A stretch of DNA of 63,997 nucleotides, filler included, from Basidioascus undulatus (GCA_000826855.1; 5 parts of 5 records of this genome joined end to end with filler, not necessarily neighbours in it), one strand, 5' to 3'; counted from the whole stretch's first letter, positions 16,687 to 31,018 are shown. Notes: generated from the sequence alone by a model not told the origin. Translations and numbers: made by a program.

Positions 16687-17856
16687 TCAGCGGGCGCCGT
16701 CGGCGAACTCTTGCACGAACTTGAGGCCTTCCTGTTACCGTTTACAGAGAACCCAGGATATTAGCGGGAGTGCCCTCATCCTGGAAATACCGACATGTCT
16801 TACCACAGGTGTAAGGACCTCAAACTCGGTTGCGAAAGCCTCGGCGTCTCCCACCATACCCATGTACCCTGCCTTGCCGCTCGGTGGGTAGACGAGCGTG
16901 AGGGAAGTCTTGGCGGGGACTTTGTTGGATAAAATTCGGGATTATTTTCTGTGAGAGACCTTGAAGCCCAAGGGGAGAGAGGAGATGATTACTAACCTCC
17001 GTCGCTGTTGACCCACGTCGGGACCAGCGCCTGGGTGTTGCAGGAGTACCTCCAGATCGTGCTCTCGCCCAGCTGGGACTGGCCGTACAGGGTGTTGTAC
17101 GCGTTGGGGACGAGGGCGGGGGCGGACCTTGCTCCAACTTTTGGGGAGTTAAAGGTGCTAGTCAGCCTTGGACTGGATGAGGGACAGCACCAGGAACGCT
17201 GCCGCACCGGACGGTCCGACGCCGACGAACCAGGCTTGGCTGTTTCGTGTGTGTGTTTAGAGAATGTGCAGTCACGAGTAGGTAAGACGGAAATTGCCTA
17301 CTTGGTAGAGCCGGCGACCAGATCCGCCGTGGTGGACTGCGAGCCTAGCACGCTGCCGTACAGGCCGAAGGTCGGATCGGGTCCGTTCTGAAATTGCGAA
17401 GATATCAGTACTTGTGTGCTCGAATACTATTTGGATGGAAAGAAAAAGTCCTTACCAGAGTGTGGATGTCAAATGGCTCAACGCTCTCGCAGTCCGAGAC
17501 GAAGGAAACGATGAGCGCCGCGGCGGGGTCATCGGTGATCCCGTAGCTGCAGAGCGATGTGAACGTAAGCTACGGGAAAACTGGAGTTCATCAAGATAAG
17601 AGGACTGCGAACCGCCCGCGGTCATCCCAGACGCTGGAGACGAATCCGAGGTCCGGCAGAATCTGAAGGCGGCCGGTGAATCTGAGGAAAATGGCCAGCA
17701 TGTCAGCTTTACACGGAAAGCGGGGGAAGGTTTACAGAATGAAGGCACTTACTCTACGCCGGAGTGGGAGTCTCCCTGAGTTCCAGAGGAGCCGGCGGCG
17801 TTGCCGGAGCCCATGTCGATCGTGAGCAGGGGGCCGAGGAAGTTCGGGTTGGACAT
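16687..17856 (-). CDS. Hypothetical protein, multi-exon, with an ES.IW...L..WVN.DG motif
   Basis: Spliceable exons MSNPNFLGPLLTIDMG.., YGITDDPAAALIVSF, NGPDPTFGLYGSVLG, GESTIWRYSCNTQALVPTWVNSDG, TSLTLVYP..MVGDAEAF and EGLKFVQEFADGAR*. A TATAAA lies about 125 nt upstream. Confidence 0.6.
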
Positions 17857-17977
17857 CGTCGGAGTTGCTGGGCTGGTTGAGGGAGCGGTGGGAATGTGTG
17901 CGGGATGGATTGGGGGATCTTCTGGGTGCGATGGAATGGGATGGAAGACTGGAGTCCCTTGAAGTACCGCGGGGCCT

Positions 17978-17983
17978 TTATAA
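17978..17983 (-). promoter_or_regulatory. Probable TATA box of the 16687-17856 gene
   Basis: Minus strand reads CCTTATAAAGG about 125 nt upstream of the ATG at 17856. Confidence 0.45.
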
Positions 17984-20419
17984 GGACCCTCGTCTGTTTT
18001 GCAGTCCGCAGGGGCAGTGTTTGCGAGGGGGTGTACTGCTAGTTTCACTTTTGCAGGGGGGGGCATAGGGCAGTGTAAGGGGAACGTGCGCTTTCTGGAA
18101 GACAGTTCAGGTGCATTGAGAGTATTTTATACTGCTTACAGGCAGGACACGTCGGAAAGATAGGCGTTGCGCAGCTGATTAGTGGGGCTAGAAAGCCGAG
18201 ATGGCTCACGCCTCGACTCATGGCGGGGGTACGGGAACATGATCAACGAACACTGCCCCTTGGCTTTGGGGTATCAGGCTCCATTTCGGTCCCTCTGTTT
18301 AGATTGCTTCGTTGTAAATGACAAAGGCAGCATTAGCGGTACGAGTCTGTACGAGTCTGTACGGGGCATCGGATGGTACCCTCGTCAGACCCGTCAGCCA
18401 ACCACCTTACCTGGTCAACAGATAGAGCTCCAAGCTACTTTCCCAGCCAATCCTCTTGAGCTCAATGTATCCCCCTGGCATGTTGAACGCCCAGCAGTCC
18501 CGCTGATATCGAATCAGTTTCTACATGCTGAGCCCTGATGTTCCGACTGTCTCCTTCTTTTGAGAATGGAATTGAGGGTTTCCCACTCGCAGACTCAGAA
18601 TTCCGGTAATTCAAGAGGAGAAGGTTTCGGTCAACCTCAGGCGCAATATTATATCAAAGATTCGATAGCCAGCCATGAAACAGGAGAGCAACGCAACAGG
18701 CGGGGCTAGGAAAAACGCAGGCGGTGGTGTTGTGTGTCATAGAATGTTGGCATGAAGAGGCTTGAGGTTGCCGAGCGAACGTAGGTCGTCGCAAGGGACG
18801 ATTCTTGTTGCGCGGGGTCACTGGTTGACCGGCTGGTCGAGGCAGTGGGCACTCCCTGGCAAAGATTCGTCAACAGGGGTGAATAATGTATCAGTTCGTG
18901 GTGCTCACATCTCCCCGCACTGATGGTGACCACCAGATGCGCTTGCATGCCTTCCTTCTCAACATTGGGAAACTCACGTGTGTGCAGTATTGCTCGCACT
19001 GGTCGACGGGACTCTGAATGATGGGCTGAATGAAAAGGAAGAATCAGATAACTCATCACATCATTCAAGGGAGCCACTATTTACTAAATGTGACTTACCT
19101 GCATCTTCTCTGTGAAGTCGGTAAAGACGTGGAGGTCCAATTGAATATGGAGGAAGATGGGGAAGAGAGAGAGGTAAAGGGACTGTAACGAGCATTATAT
19201 GGGATACGCACCAGCATCAGAGCACTTGCGGAACACTCAATGCAGAATACAGAACACACAATAAAGCACACGGCTTGATGTCGATAGCTCCGGTCGAATG
19301 AAGCCCGAAGCAAGTTGGTGTCGTTCGCCGCGACGTCGAGGTCAGGCGTAGGACTGCAACTGCCAGTCCACCTGGAGATAGCCTTATATAGAATTGGTTC
19401 CACTGAACTCAGGAGTGTTTTCTGGACGCTGAAGTTTCTTCGGGGAGGAAACGGGCAGGTGAGCGAGCAATGGCGGTGCAAGAGCCGCAGTTCTCTGCGT
19501 TCAGTCCATATGTGTGATTTCCCCTCTTCTCCCGGTGATCTATTCCCTCACAACCCCTCGCTGGTAGAAGTGTCAGTGGTTTATCGTAATGTACAACACA
19601 ACCAAATAGTGGGCTGGACTCTCTTGGGAGTATCCCAATAAGCTAGTGATCCGGTCTGACTCCTTGGACTTTATCGTGCCGACTTTTTCATCACATTGAA
19701 CTCATTTGTCGAATAGTTATACATTATTGTCTAATAACCAGTTAACTTTAGCAATGAAGATGGACCATTAGACGGTCTTGCGCCGGCATCACGACTGTCA
19801 GCCAACGCAGTACAGTGCCCATCCGCCTTACATGGACAATTCTCATCTACTAACGATGACTAAGTGAGTGGTTAAGAAGAGTCTTACACAATGGGGGTTC
19901 ATGTGGAATAAAAAACTGTGTGATTTTTCTGGATCACAGTATTGCGAAGTCGTGTACGCCGCTGTCCTTGCCGGCAACTTCCGAATCAGTTGACATTCTG
20001 AAAAGCGTTTACAAAATCATTCAATACTAGTAAATAGACGTTGGAGAATCTCATTCGACCTAGCCTGCTTTTTATCCGTGGATCCAGCCATGCGAATGCC
20101 TTACGTTGCGTCCTGAAATCACTCGCCATCTGGAGGTGAGATCCGGGCAACACCTTCAAGCCCCAAAAAATAGTGATACCTATTACAGCTGCACCGCCTG
20201 CGCGTCGTTCTAGTAGTATGGCAACTATTTCTACAGAACCCTGATTCGCGGTCTTCAACGACGGAACGGAACGTAGCGCAGGCGACAACTGGCGGTCCGC
20301 TCTCTCCCTTGGCTCTCCGCGATCGAAGGAATATTGGGTCATCGAGTCATGCCCCGAAGGACGCCTTCTTCGCTCTGCTTCCCTCCAAGACTGCTGCTGC
20401 TCCAGACCCTTCCGCCGAC

Positions 20420-23213
20420 ATGTCGCTCTCTCCGATGTCCCCAGCGAAGTTGATGGGTGACCGATGGCTCAAGCCGGAGGGGATGGTTGGGGAACCAACC
20501 CATTTTGCTGGTCCAGAACTCTCTTACTCGCACGAAGGTACGTCAGCTTTGCCCATTGTCCGACAAAAAGTACGGTATTGATGGTAGTTTCAGGTCCCTT
20601 TCATCCCGTCCATGGGCAAGAGAGTCAAGTGGTACAACTGTGCGTAATCCGATCCCGGCCGGCAATCTGACAGTATGCTCAAATAGACGCCTGGTCTCCC
20701 ACTAGGTGGACCGACTGTGTACTCACATGCGCATGTCGGTCATGCTCGGTAGGCAGTACGAGGGCACCAGAGAGGCAACCCTCACTGCAGGAGAGACTCA
20801 CCGAGTCCTGCGATCGCAGCAACTACGTCTCCCAGGACATCATTCAGCGGATCATGATTGAGTACTTCGACTTCGATGTCCAGTTCGTGATGAACATCAC
20901 CGACATCGACGACAAGGTGTGCCCTTCCGCTGTCCAGGCCATCCGGAGAGCTCTGCACTCATAGAGCCCCGTCAATTAGATTATCACCGGTGCGCGCAAG
21001 TCGTACTTCTTCGAGACGTACGCTGCCGAGCATTGCGTCGTCAATGTCGATCTGCTCGACGATATCGAGGCTGCGCTGCAGTACGCAGCGACCGAGCTGG
21101 GTTTGGTGGAGGGCCTCGAGGCGCTTGGTGAAGGGAAGTGGGATGGGATGGACCCCAAGGTGGTGCCGCGAGCGAAGGAGCTGCTTGCTGGGCTGGTGGC
21201 GCTGCGGGAGCGTCGGACGAAGCTCCAGTCGAGCGGAGACGTCAAGGGCGATGCGAGCTCGATCTTCTCCTTGGTCCAGGAGCCTCTTTCATTGTGGCTC
21301 AACGAACAGGTACGTGTCCGTCGCGTTACTTTCGCTTGTAGGGCTTGATTTTACGCCTGGTACACAGCTTTCCGAAACCGTCACGGACCCGTCCGTTTAC
21401 CGGTCGTACGCTGCTTTCTGGAAGCCGACTTCCTCGCCGACATGGCGGCGCTCAACGTGCTTCCGCCAGACATCCTTCCGCGCGTGTCCCAGTACGTTCC
21501 CGAGATGGTCGAGTTCGTCCAGGGCATCATCGACAAGGGGTTCGGGTATCCCGTCGAGAGCGGCAGCGTTTACTTCGACACTGGTGCTTTTGACGGCGGG
21601 AAGAGAGATGATGCGGGTGGGAAGCACGGGTATGTGAAGCTGCAGCCGGGGAACAAGGGCAATCGCGAGCTGCTGGAGGAGGGAGAAGGTGTGTGATCTC
21701 CGATAGTCTTCAAGCCCTGAAGTTTTGCTGAAGACCCAGAGACTCTTCCCCTGGGCAGGTGGACTGTCGACCTCGTCCGACAAGCGCTCTCCTTCCGACT
21801 TCGCGCTCTTCTTCCGACTTCGCGCTCTGGAAAGCTTCGAAGCCGGGCGAGCCCGCCTGGCCGTCGCCTTGGGGCCCCGGTCGTCCTGGATGGCATATAG
21901 AATGCTCGGTACGTTTCTCAGAGCAGCCAGGTATATGACTGATAACTGACGAGCGAAGGGAACTGTTCTTTCCAGGCAATGGCGAGCGCGATCTTCGGGG
22001 CCCAGATGGATGTGCGTTTACTCTGTTACTACGTCTTACCTGAACCAGAGGAACGATTTACTTTGGCAAGAGCAGATCCACTCGGGCGGGATTGACCTCG
22101 AGTTTCCTCATCACGACAACGAGCTGGCGCAGTCGGAGGTGCGCTGCATCTCGGTATGGGGCGATGTTTTTCCGCACGCAACACGCCTGACTGCCCATTT
22201 CTGCAGGCATTACACGGCTGCGAAAGCTGGGTGAACTACTTCCTGCACACCGGTCACCTGCACACGGAAGGCCAGAAGATGTCGAAGAGCCTGAAAAACT
22301 TCACCACGATCAAGGTGCGTCCACCTTCTTACCTTGAACCTTCCATGTTTGCAGCCTATCTATTGTTCGACTAATGATGCAATTTCGATCGAACTGCGAC
22401 TGATTTCAGGCCGTTCTCCGTACCTGGACGCCTCGGCAGCTTCGCATCGCCTTTCTCATGCGGCTGTGTAGCGAGAGCATGGAATTCAACGACGGGGTTC
22501 TGGTCGAGGCACGCTCGATCGAATCGGTGTTGACGGTGCGTCAGATCGCGACGTGCAGTCCTGTCGGATTGAACAACGCTCATGCTCAATCGATCTCACA
22601 GAACTTCTTCGCGACGGTCAAGGCGTACGGACTGGAATATCAAGGACACCCCGAAAGCGCCCCAGCTCCGCACGATCCCGACGAGAAAGCGCTCATCGAA
22701 GAGTACGACAAATCGAACATTGCACTGGACAGTCAGGCGACAATGTGACACCCTGCCAATTTTGCAGTCTCCGCCAAGCGCGCCTGCTCGTCCGCGCCGT
22801 CCTCTGCGACTCGTTCAACACCCCATCGGCGATGCAACACATCCTCGCACTGGTCGGGAAGGCGAACGTGTACCTCTCGCGCGGTCGCGACTCGCTCGAC
22901 GTGCTGCTCATTGAGAGTGTGGCAAAGTGGGTGATGAGCATGATGCGCACTTTCGGGCTCGTGGAGGCTGTCGAGGAAGTGGGTTGGGGCACCTCGGATG
23001 TTTCCGGGAGCCAGAAAAAGGTTCAATGCTTTAGTTTTTGAGTTCCGATGGCCAACAGCGAGCTGATAGTACCTACAGCGCGAGGCGCTCGTCGCCCCCG
23101 TTCTCCGCGAGCTGTCCGAGTTCCGCGACGCTGTTCGTCTGGCCACGAAGACGAACAGCTCTACGCAGGATATTCTGGCACTGTGCGATAAGATGGTGGC
23201 AAGCGTGCATTAA
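20420..23213 (+). pseudogene. Cytosolic-type cysteinyl-tRNA synthetase, frameshifted and C-terminally truncated
   Basis: [98 protein letters not shown] and [19 protein letters not shown]. Frameshifts at ~20490 and ~21420, a 19-nt duplication at ~21800, and an early end at LALCDKMVASVH*. Confidence 0.85.
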
Positions 23214-23470
23214 GTCTGATTTTGGGCTGTAATATCTGTATCTTTCGTTCCTTCGGGGCAGTAATCGGTGTTGCTGTATCTCTTGTTCGAAACCATGTCT
23301 TTAGGTTGCCTACATTTCTGCTTCTCTGCTTTCCGAACATCGGACTCCTAGGGGCTATTGCCAAGTTGGCGAGAGTCCTCTCAGCTGATACCAGGACGGC
23401 AGCCAAAAGAAACCAGATTCAGCGTGCAAGAGTCCAAAGGAAAAATGCAATGCGCAGCAACCGCGTCCCC

Positions 23471-26078
23471 TCACGCCAGCTTCTCCAGCTTCTCCAGCAA
23501 GAGGACGTTCCCCTTGCTCCCCGATCCCCTGATCTCCTCCCTCTCCTTCTTCCCCAGCGTCTTAGCGAGCTCCTTCCCCTTCGCGCTCTCCCCCGCGGCA
23601 AGCTGCTCCGCCATCTCCGCAAGCATGAACGCGCCGCCGCCCTTAGCGAATGGAAGCAGATTCCCGCTCTCCTGCGCGGCGTCGAAGAACGCCTCGGCGA
23701 AGGCGAGGCTGAAGGGTGCGTCGACGACGGTGAGGCTCTTAGTCTTCAGGCTGTAGTGCCCGCCCGAGAGGAGCGCCTTGTACACGCGCGAGGCGTACGA
23801 GAGGTCGATTATGTGCGAGGTGGAGGGGTCGGGGGACTCGGAGGAGGACGAGGGCGTGTACGGCTGGCGGATGAGGGAGAGCAGCGCCTCCGCGGCGGGC
23901 ATCTTGTCGGCTGGAAACGACGTCAAGCATCTCAGTCAGTCAATCACAAAGCAAAGCCCGTATTTCACAGCAAGAAGGATACGCACCGCCCTCCGCAGAC
24001 AGCATCGCATCAGCGACGACCAGACTCGCACCGGCGTCGCGGAGGAGCTTCTCCGCGTCCGTCTCAACAGCCTTGAGGAGCTCGGCGCTGACGCTCTGCC
24101 TGTTCTCGGCCTCGCGCGTCGCGGCCTGCTTCTTGCTCGTCCGTTCCCGCGCCGCGTCCGTCTCGGCGATGAGCGCGATATTGGCGGGCGTGAAGTGGCG
24201 CGGGCTCCGCGGCGCGAGGAGGTACAGCAGCACGCGGCGGCCTTGCTTGTCCAGAGCCAGCGACGACGTCGCCTTGCCCAGGTCCGCGATTAGCGACTGC
24301 TTCACGTTCTTGGTGTCGCTACAAGAAAGCTGAGAGTCAGAATAGATGCAGAGAAGGAACATGGGAAGACACGCACTCGATCACGTCGAACGCGGTGAAC
24401 AGGACGTATTGCGCTTGGTCGTCGGTAGCTATCCGCTCGACGTGCGGCTTGAGGTTCTTCAAGATGGTTTTACGGTCCTGAAGATATCCGAAAACGCATC
24501 AGCGTGGTTCGGCATGCTCACCCTAGACGAGCACGACGGACTTTCGCATTCCCCTGCGCCAGGAACTCGCGCACCACCCGCGAACCGTACTTGGTGTGGA
24601 TGATCTCGACGAGGAGGTCCGCGGTGCTGTGAGAAAAATGCATGGTGAGACATAGAGACGCATATGATGCGCACACGCGAACTCACCCCTCGAGCAGGTC
24701 CCTCCGCTTCTTGTCCGCCTCGTCCGGAGAGTACCACTTGGCGACCTCTGTCATGTACTCCCACATCGCGCGATGGACGATCGTGTGCCCGACTGCACCC
24801 TTGTCCGGGTTATCGAACCTATCCGCCGCCCACTCATGCAATCAGTAAAGCTATTCACGCCGCTGCACCAACTACCCTCCACCGTTCCCGCCCCTCGCAA
24901 GAACACAACGGCAACTCACACATTCTGCAGCGTCGTCCTCACGTTCTCTAGCACCCTCTCGCGCTTGGCCTCGCTCTCGGCCTCGAGCACCTCCGCGAGA
25001 GACTTGACCTCGCCCTCCTTGTCGCCGCCGGCGAAGAGCGCAAACTCCTTGCCGTAGAAGTCGCGGAGGAGCGCGCGGCGCTCGTTCGCGGACGCGAACG
25101 CATCGAACGCGTCCTCGATCACGGGCGAGGCGTACTTGTGCAGAAGAAGGCGCGGGACGTGCCCGTGGAAGGAGGCGAAGATCTTGGGGCGGTGGGTGGG
25201 GCTATGGGGGGAGGGAGGGGAGTATCAGTATCCATCGCTGGAGGGCGCGTAGGCAGGGAAGAAGACTAACCAGTAGCGGATGAGCTTGGCGAGAAGGAAC
25301 TGCGAGATGCGGGGGAGGTCAGTTTCCGAACGAGGTATCTGGATCCCGAACAAGAAGACAGACGCACGTTCGCATACTTGTCCGTCGCCAGGCGCAAGTA
25401 CGACCCCTCAAGCTCGCTCGCGACCTCGTCGCGCTCCTTGCGCCCGCCCCACTTGACGATGCTCTGGATGACGCGGCTCGCGTCGTGCTTGAAGATGATG
25501 TCCTGCATGTGCCCGCGCACAGCATCGAGCAGCGCGTCGAGGTGCTCCTGCCGTTCCGCGCGCGAGATGTTCTTCTGCCGCACGTTCGCCCAGAGGGACT
25601 TGGCATGCGTGAGCAGCTCCGAGTGCGGCTTGGCTGCTTTGCGTTGGGCGGCGAGCGCCTTCTGCGCGGCGTGCGACTCCCGCGCGGCTACAGCGTTCCG
25701 TCCCCCTCTCAGCATCAAATATCAATAGTCCGAGAAGGAGAAGTACGCACCATTCGGATCTTTAGCCCTCGCCGCCTCGCCCGCACCCTCCTCCATCTCC
25801 CCCTCCTCGTCCGACAGGGGGACCTCCTCGACCTCTTCCTCGTCGTCGCTCTCGCCCTCCTGCTCATCCACCTTGGGCTTCGTCACGGGCACCCTCCGGC
25901 GCGGCTTGGCGTCCTCCGCGGGCTCCTTGCCCTTGCCCTTGCCCTTGCCGGCGCGGGCGTTGCCGTTGGCGAACTTGCCAGCGGCGGCGGGCTTGCCGGT
26001 GTGCGCTGCCGGCTTGGACTTCTTCTGCGGCGGGCCGGCTTGGGACTTGGCGGCGCGTTTGCCGGTTGCGGGCGCCAT
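23471..26078 (-). CDS. PUF6: Pumilio-homology ribosome biogenesis factor Puf6/PUM3, multi-exon
   Basis: Lys-rich N-terminus, RESHAAQKALAAQRKAAKPHSELL, IIFKHDASRVIQSIVKWG, LLLHKYASPVIEDAF, IVHRAMWEY, CPL-domain LALDKQGRRVLLYLL and ASRVYKALLSGGHY. Confidence 0.93.
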
Positions 26079-26118
26079 GATGTGTTGAAAAGAGGGAGAA
26101 AGGGGGGGGGGAGAGTGA

Positions 26119-26218
26119 NNNNNNNNNNNNNNNNNNNNNNNNNNNNNNNNNNNNNNNNNNNNTTAATTAATTAANNNNNNNNNNNNNNNNNNNNNNNNNN
26201 NNNNNNNNNNNNNNNNNN
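26119..26218. other. Artificial contig spacer N44-TTAATTAATTAA-N44
   Basis: Same 100-nt linker. Confidence 0.97.
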
Positions 26219-27137
26219 ACGACCGAGCGCGCGACTCGGGCTACACTCGAGACCGGAAGCCTCTCCCCTCCCCGCCGCGCCCCGGACCCTCTCGCGTCAA
26301 GCGCGAATCCTCTCGCGCTGCCTCCGCGGGGCTCGGTGCGGACGACGACGCGCCGCCCGTGAACCTCGAGCCGAACTTTGCACCCTCGGGTTTGCTTGCT
26401 GCTGAGACAAACAGCAAGAACGGCGTGGCGCTCAAGTACCATGAGCCGCCGGAGGCGCGGAAGCCCGCGGGTGGGGAGCAGTGGAGGTTGTATGTGTTCA
26501 AGGGCGAGGAGCAGCTGGGTGAGTCGCGAGTCTTATGGCAGCACCCAAGGCATGGAGATCTTCGGGATGGGGCGAGTAGGTCATGTATGGGTGTGGGACG
26601 ATCTGAGCGCTCGGGGAGCACGCGGCAGTGCTGCAGTCTCTGGCACTCGTGCCGCCATTCCTATCACCACAGACTGACTGACGCCCTTTCCTCCTTCCCC
26701 TGAATGCAGATCTCCTCCACATCTATAGCCAATCAGCCTATCTCGTAGGCCGGGACAAGATCGTCCGTCTCCTTTCATCCTCGTCCTCCTCCGACTCCTC
26801 CTACCTCTCAACTCCCCTGCACTCCCCCGCTCCAGCACTCTCGACGCTCCTCCCCGGCTCCGCGCTCGCGCTCGACGACGGCCGATCGGAGTACGGGCTC
26901 TGGGGTTTCGCGTCTGCGCCGCTCGTCGCCGAGCCCGAGGCGATGGAGGAGCCCCTCGCTCTCCCCCTTGCCCTTCCCCTTGCCCTTCCCCTGTCTACCT
27001 CCATGGCTATGCCCTTGTCCCTCCCACCGCGAACGCTCCCCGTGTCAGCCTCCCTGAAGGAATGCTCGGACGAGGAGCTCATGCACGCTGCGGGGCTGCT
27101 TGTCATTCCCGACGGCCCAATGCAGTGGGCGAGCTAG
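26219..27137 (+). CDS. SNIP1: SNIP1/Pml1-like FHA protein fragment, 5' end cut by the contig start; FHA domain incomplete and continuing in frame into an unrelated Ser/Pro-rich tail
   Basis: PNFAPSGLLAAETN..NGVALKYHEPPEARKP..WRLYVFKGEEQL, then DLLHIYSQSAYLVGRDKIV. The expected HPSCSKQHA motif and the rest of the FHA domain were not found downstream. Confidence 0.75.
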
Positions 27138-27905
27138 CGTTCCTTGCAGTTCCTGGACTACTTTACCTTTAGCATGAGGACGCTTTTCTACTCTAGGGTT
27201 GTTTGAGCTGTTGTACCAATTCTTCATAACCCGGGTTCTTTCATCTTTGACCTGTCCCCATCCGCATAGTGCCGCATCGGTCGACTTTCATCCATACTGC
27301 ACCTATAATTTAGGCATGCTTCTGAACGTATCTTACACCATTTTAAGACTTTCCGGTGTGTTTGCACTCAAGGACACGGCGAGTAGTCCGCATCCTTTGT
27401 TGGGTACGCTGCGCTGCACACATCGTCGAGCACTGTACTCCCATGCTGCCTGAGGTCGTGGGTTCTGCGGCCTGACTCTTTACACCCTTTTGTCTTTGGT
27501 ATACCCCTCAGCAAGAAGCCGCGGCCAGCGCTTGTTTGTCGGGCGACGTTCAACGCATTCGTCGATCCAAGATCGACCCGAAGTGGAAGAGAAAGACCTC
27601 TGCTCGATGTCTAAACCTTCAGGCAGTTTTTGAACTACATGCTATCAGTGTCTATATGCTGCAGCATAATGCGGGATGAGCCACAGTTGAACGCTCTCAA
27701 AACATGTCGACGTTGCAGCGCATGGCTTTCAGTAAGAAATGCGGTTCCAGACAGCAGACGGCTTTGCAAGGACGGGTGAAACCGCTTCATAACATCATTG
27801 GCGAAGCCAAGTATTTCACCTATACCCGTTGCGCAACGGCAGATGAGTGTGAGTGACCACCGCTGCGCGGTTTCAACAGTGCAACTGAAAGTGCGGCTCA
27901 CAGTC

Positions 27906-29425
<1,520 letters not shown>

Positions 29426-29873
29426 TCAGAAAGAGCAGGAGGTACTGCTGGCATACCCAGGTGAGGAACGGGATATACGCGGGAAAATGGGGTTCAGCTG
29501 AACTCGGATGTCGAGCAAGAAGGTCGTGGACAGTGGTCAAGGTCGGAAACGAGGGGTCCGTACCAATTGGTCGTGAATCCTCAGACTGCGCCTCCCTGTC
29601 CCGCGCTACTTCATTCAAATCCAAGGCTGCTTCGACAGGCCAAGACCTGTTCCTTATCGCCCGCCCGGTACTCGGTCGCCAGGTGTTCGTTCGCCGACGG
29701 CCAGACCCAGAGCCGACGCTTGCCGCGACGTTGCTCGCCGTCGGCAAAGCAGCTTGCGATTCAAGTTGAACAGCTGCAAGACTTCCTCGGTTGAACAGTG
29801 CAACATCTCCGGGTGGCATTGAACGGTGTTTGACTGATGTTTGAGGAACACGATAGCACAACAGGCGGCTCGA

Positions 29874-31018
29874 ATCAGCAGCGGCATATGCGATGGGTCC
29901 ACCGACAGCAAGCAATGAAAAAAGCATGCCCAAAAATATCCTGTTCCAGCTGGTCCAGCTCATACAAGTCGTCCAGCTTAGGGTCCTCCACATGTTCAAC
30001 TTCCCGGCAGTTGGGGAAGCCATCCAAAAACACGACCATCTCCTCCCTCTACTCGTCCTCGTCCTCCATTGACGGCGGAACGTACTCGAACGTCCCGACA
30101 GAATTGATGATCTCCCTGAGCAGGTCGATGTGTGAAGGTTCATCGCGCCTGAACTAAGATTGATCCGTGTCATATTTTTCCTTCCACTCGTCCCAGTAAG
30201 CGACATAGCTCATGAGTCCGCCCCCGAAACGAAGGACGGACAGCAGAGGCCCCGTTCTCGCGGCGCGAAGCGAGCGCCGGGCGAATCCGGGGGCGAAATT
30301 GTACACAAACATCAATGGGTTGTGAATGCGCAGGGTGTGCAGGCGTGAGGCATTGTGCGCAGCCGCGGTCAAGGCCTTCTCGGCCATGGTGCGCTCGCCG
30401 CGCTTGAACTTGAGTCCTTCAGTAGACGACGTGAGGCGATCAAAGAACTCCAGAGGGTCGAGCTTGTGCACGCTGCGGAAGGCGTTGCGAACCTCTTCGA
30501 TGCCACCAGGGGTCAGGGGCACCCACCCAACGTGGACGACACGCTCGAGCTTGTCGTTCAGGGTCAAGCCATTGAGAATATCGAAATCGTTCACAATGGT
30601 AAGACGTCGGACGAGTTCTCGGAGATGCGCTGCCTCGGATATTGTCCGTGCGAACAAAAGCGGCGCGTTGTTTTGGGGAGCAAACTCGGTATCGACGGTG
30701 ACGAGCGGGCACGTGTAGAGAGCTTCGGTGGCGACCGCCCGGAAAGCCTTGGAGGTCCGATAGAGAGCTGCGAGATCCGGTTCCGGACAGAGGGTGTTCG
30801 AAAGGGCTTTGACGATCTCCGAGAGAATCTCGGCTGGGAGCGATGGAGGGGGATGCCGAGGAGCCCGAGCGGAAGGTGCAGCGAAATGAGCGGTGTGTGG
30901 GTATGCACTTGAGGAGAATACGGGTGTGGACGAGGGTAAAAAAAAAAAGTGGGTAATGTGGCGGCGCTGGAACGATGTGACGCGCGTATGCGAGTTAAGG
31001 TTGATCGAAGTGGCCATG
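29874..31018 (-). pseudogene. Intronless F-box-like gene with two in-frame TAG codons
   Basis: PSLPAEILSEIVKAL..DLAALYRTSKAFRAVATEALY..LLFARTI..HLRELVRRL. The frame continues with acidic coding-like sequence past TAG at 30154-30156 and 30049-30051. Start codon uncertain. Confidence 0.65.

Noticed and set aside
18100..20300. Lower-GC gene-poor stretch with short ORFs (similar stretches at 10800-11800, 31300-33900, 45400-48200, 55000-55800)
   Set aside because: No recognisable protein, RNA or terminal-repeat signature by eye. They may hold old gene or TE relics but would need tBLASTx or RepeatModeler.
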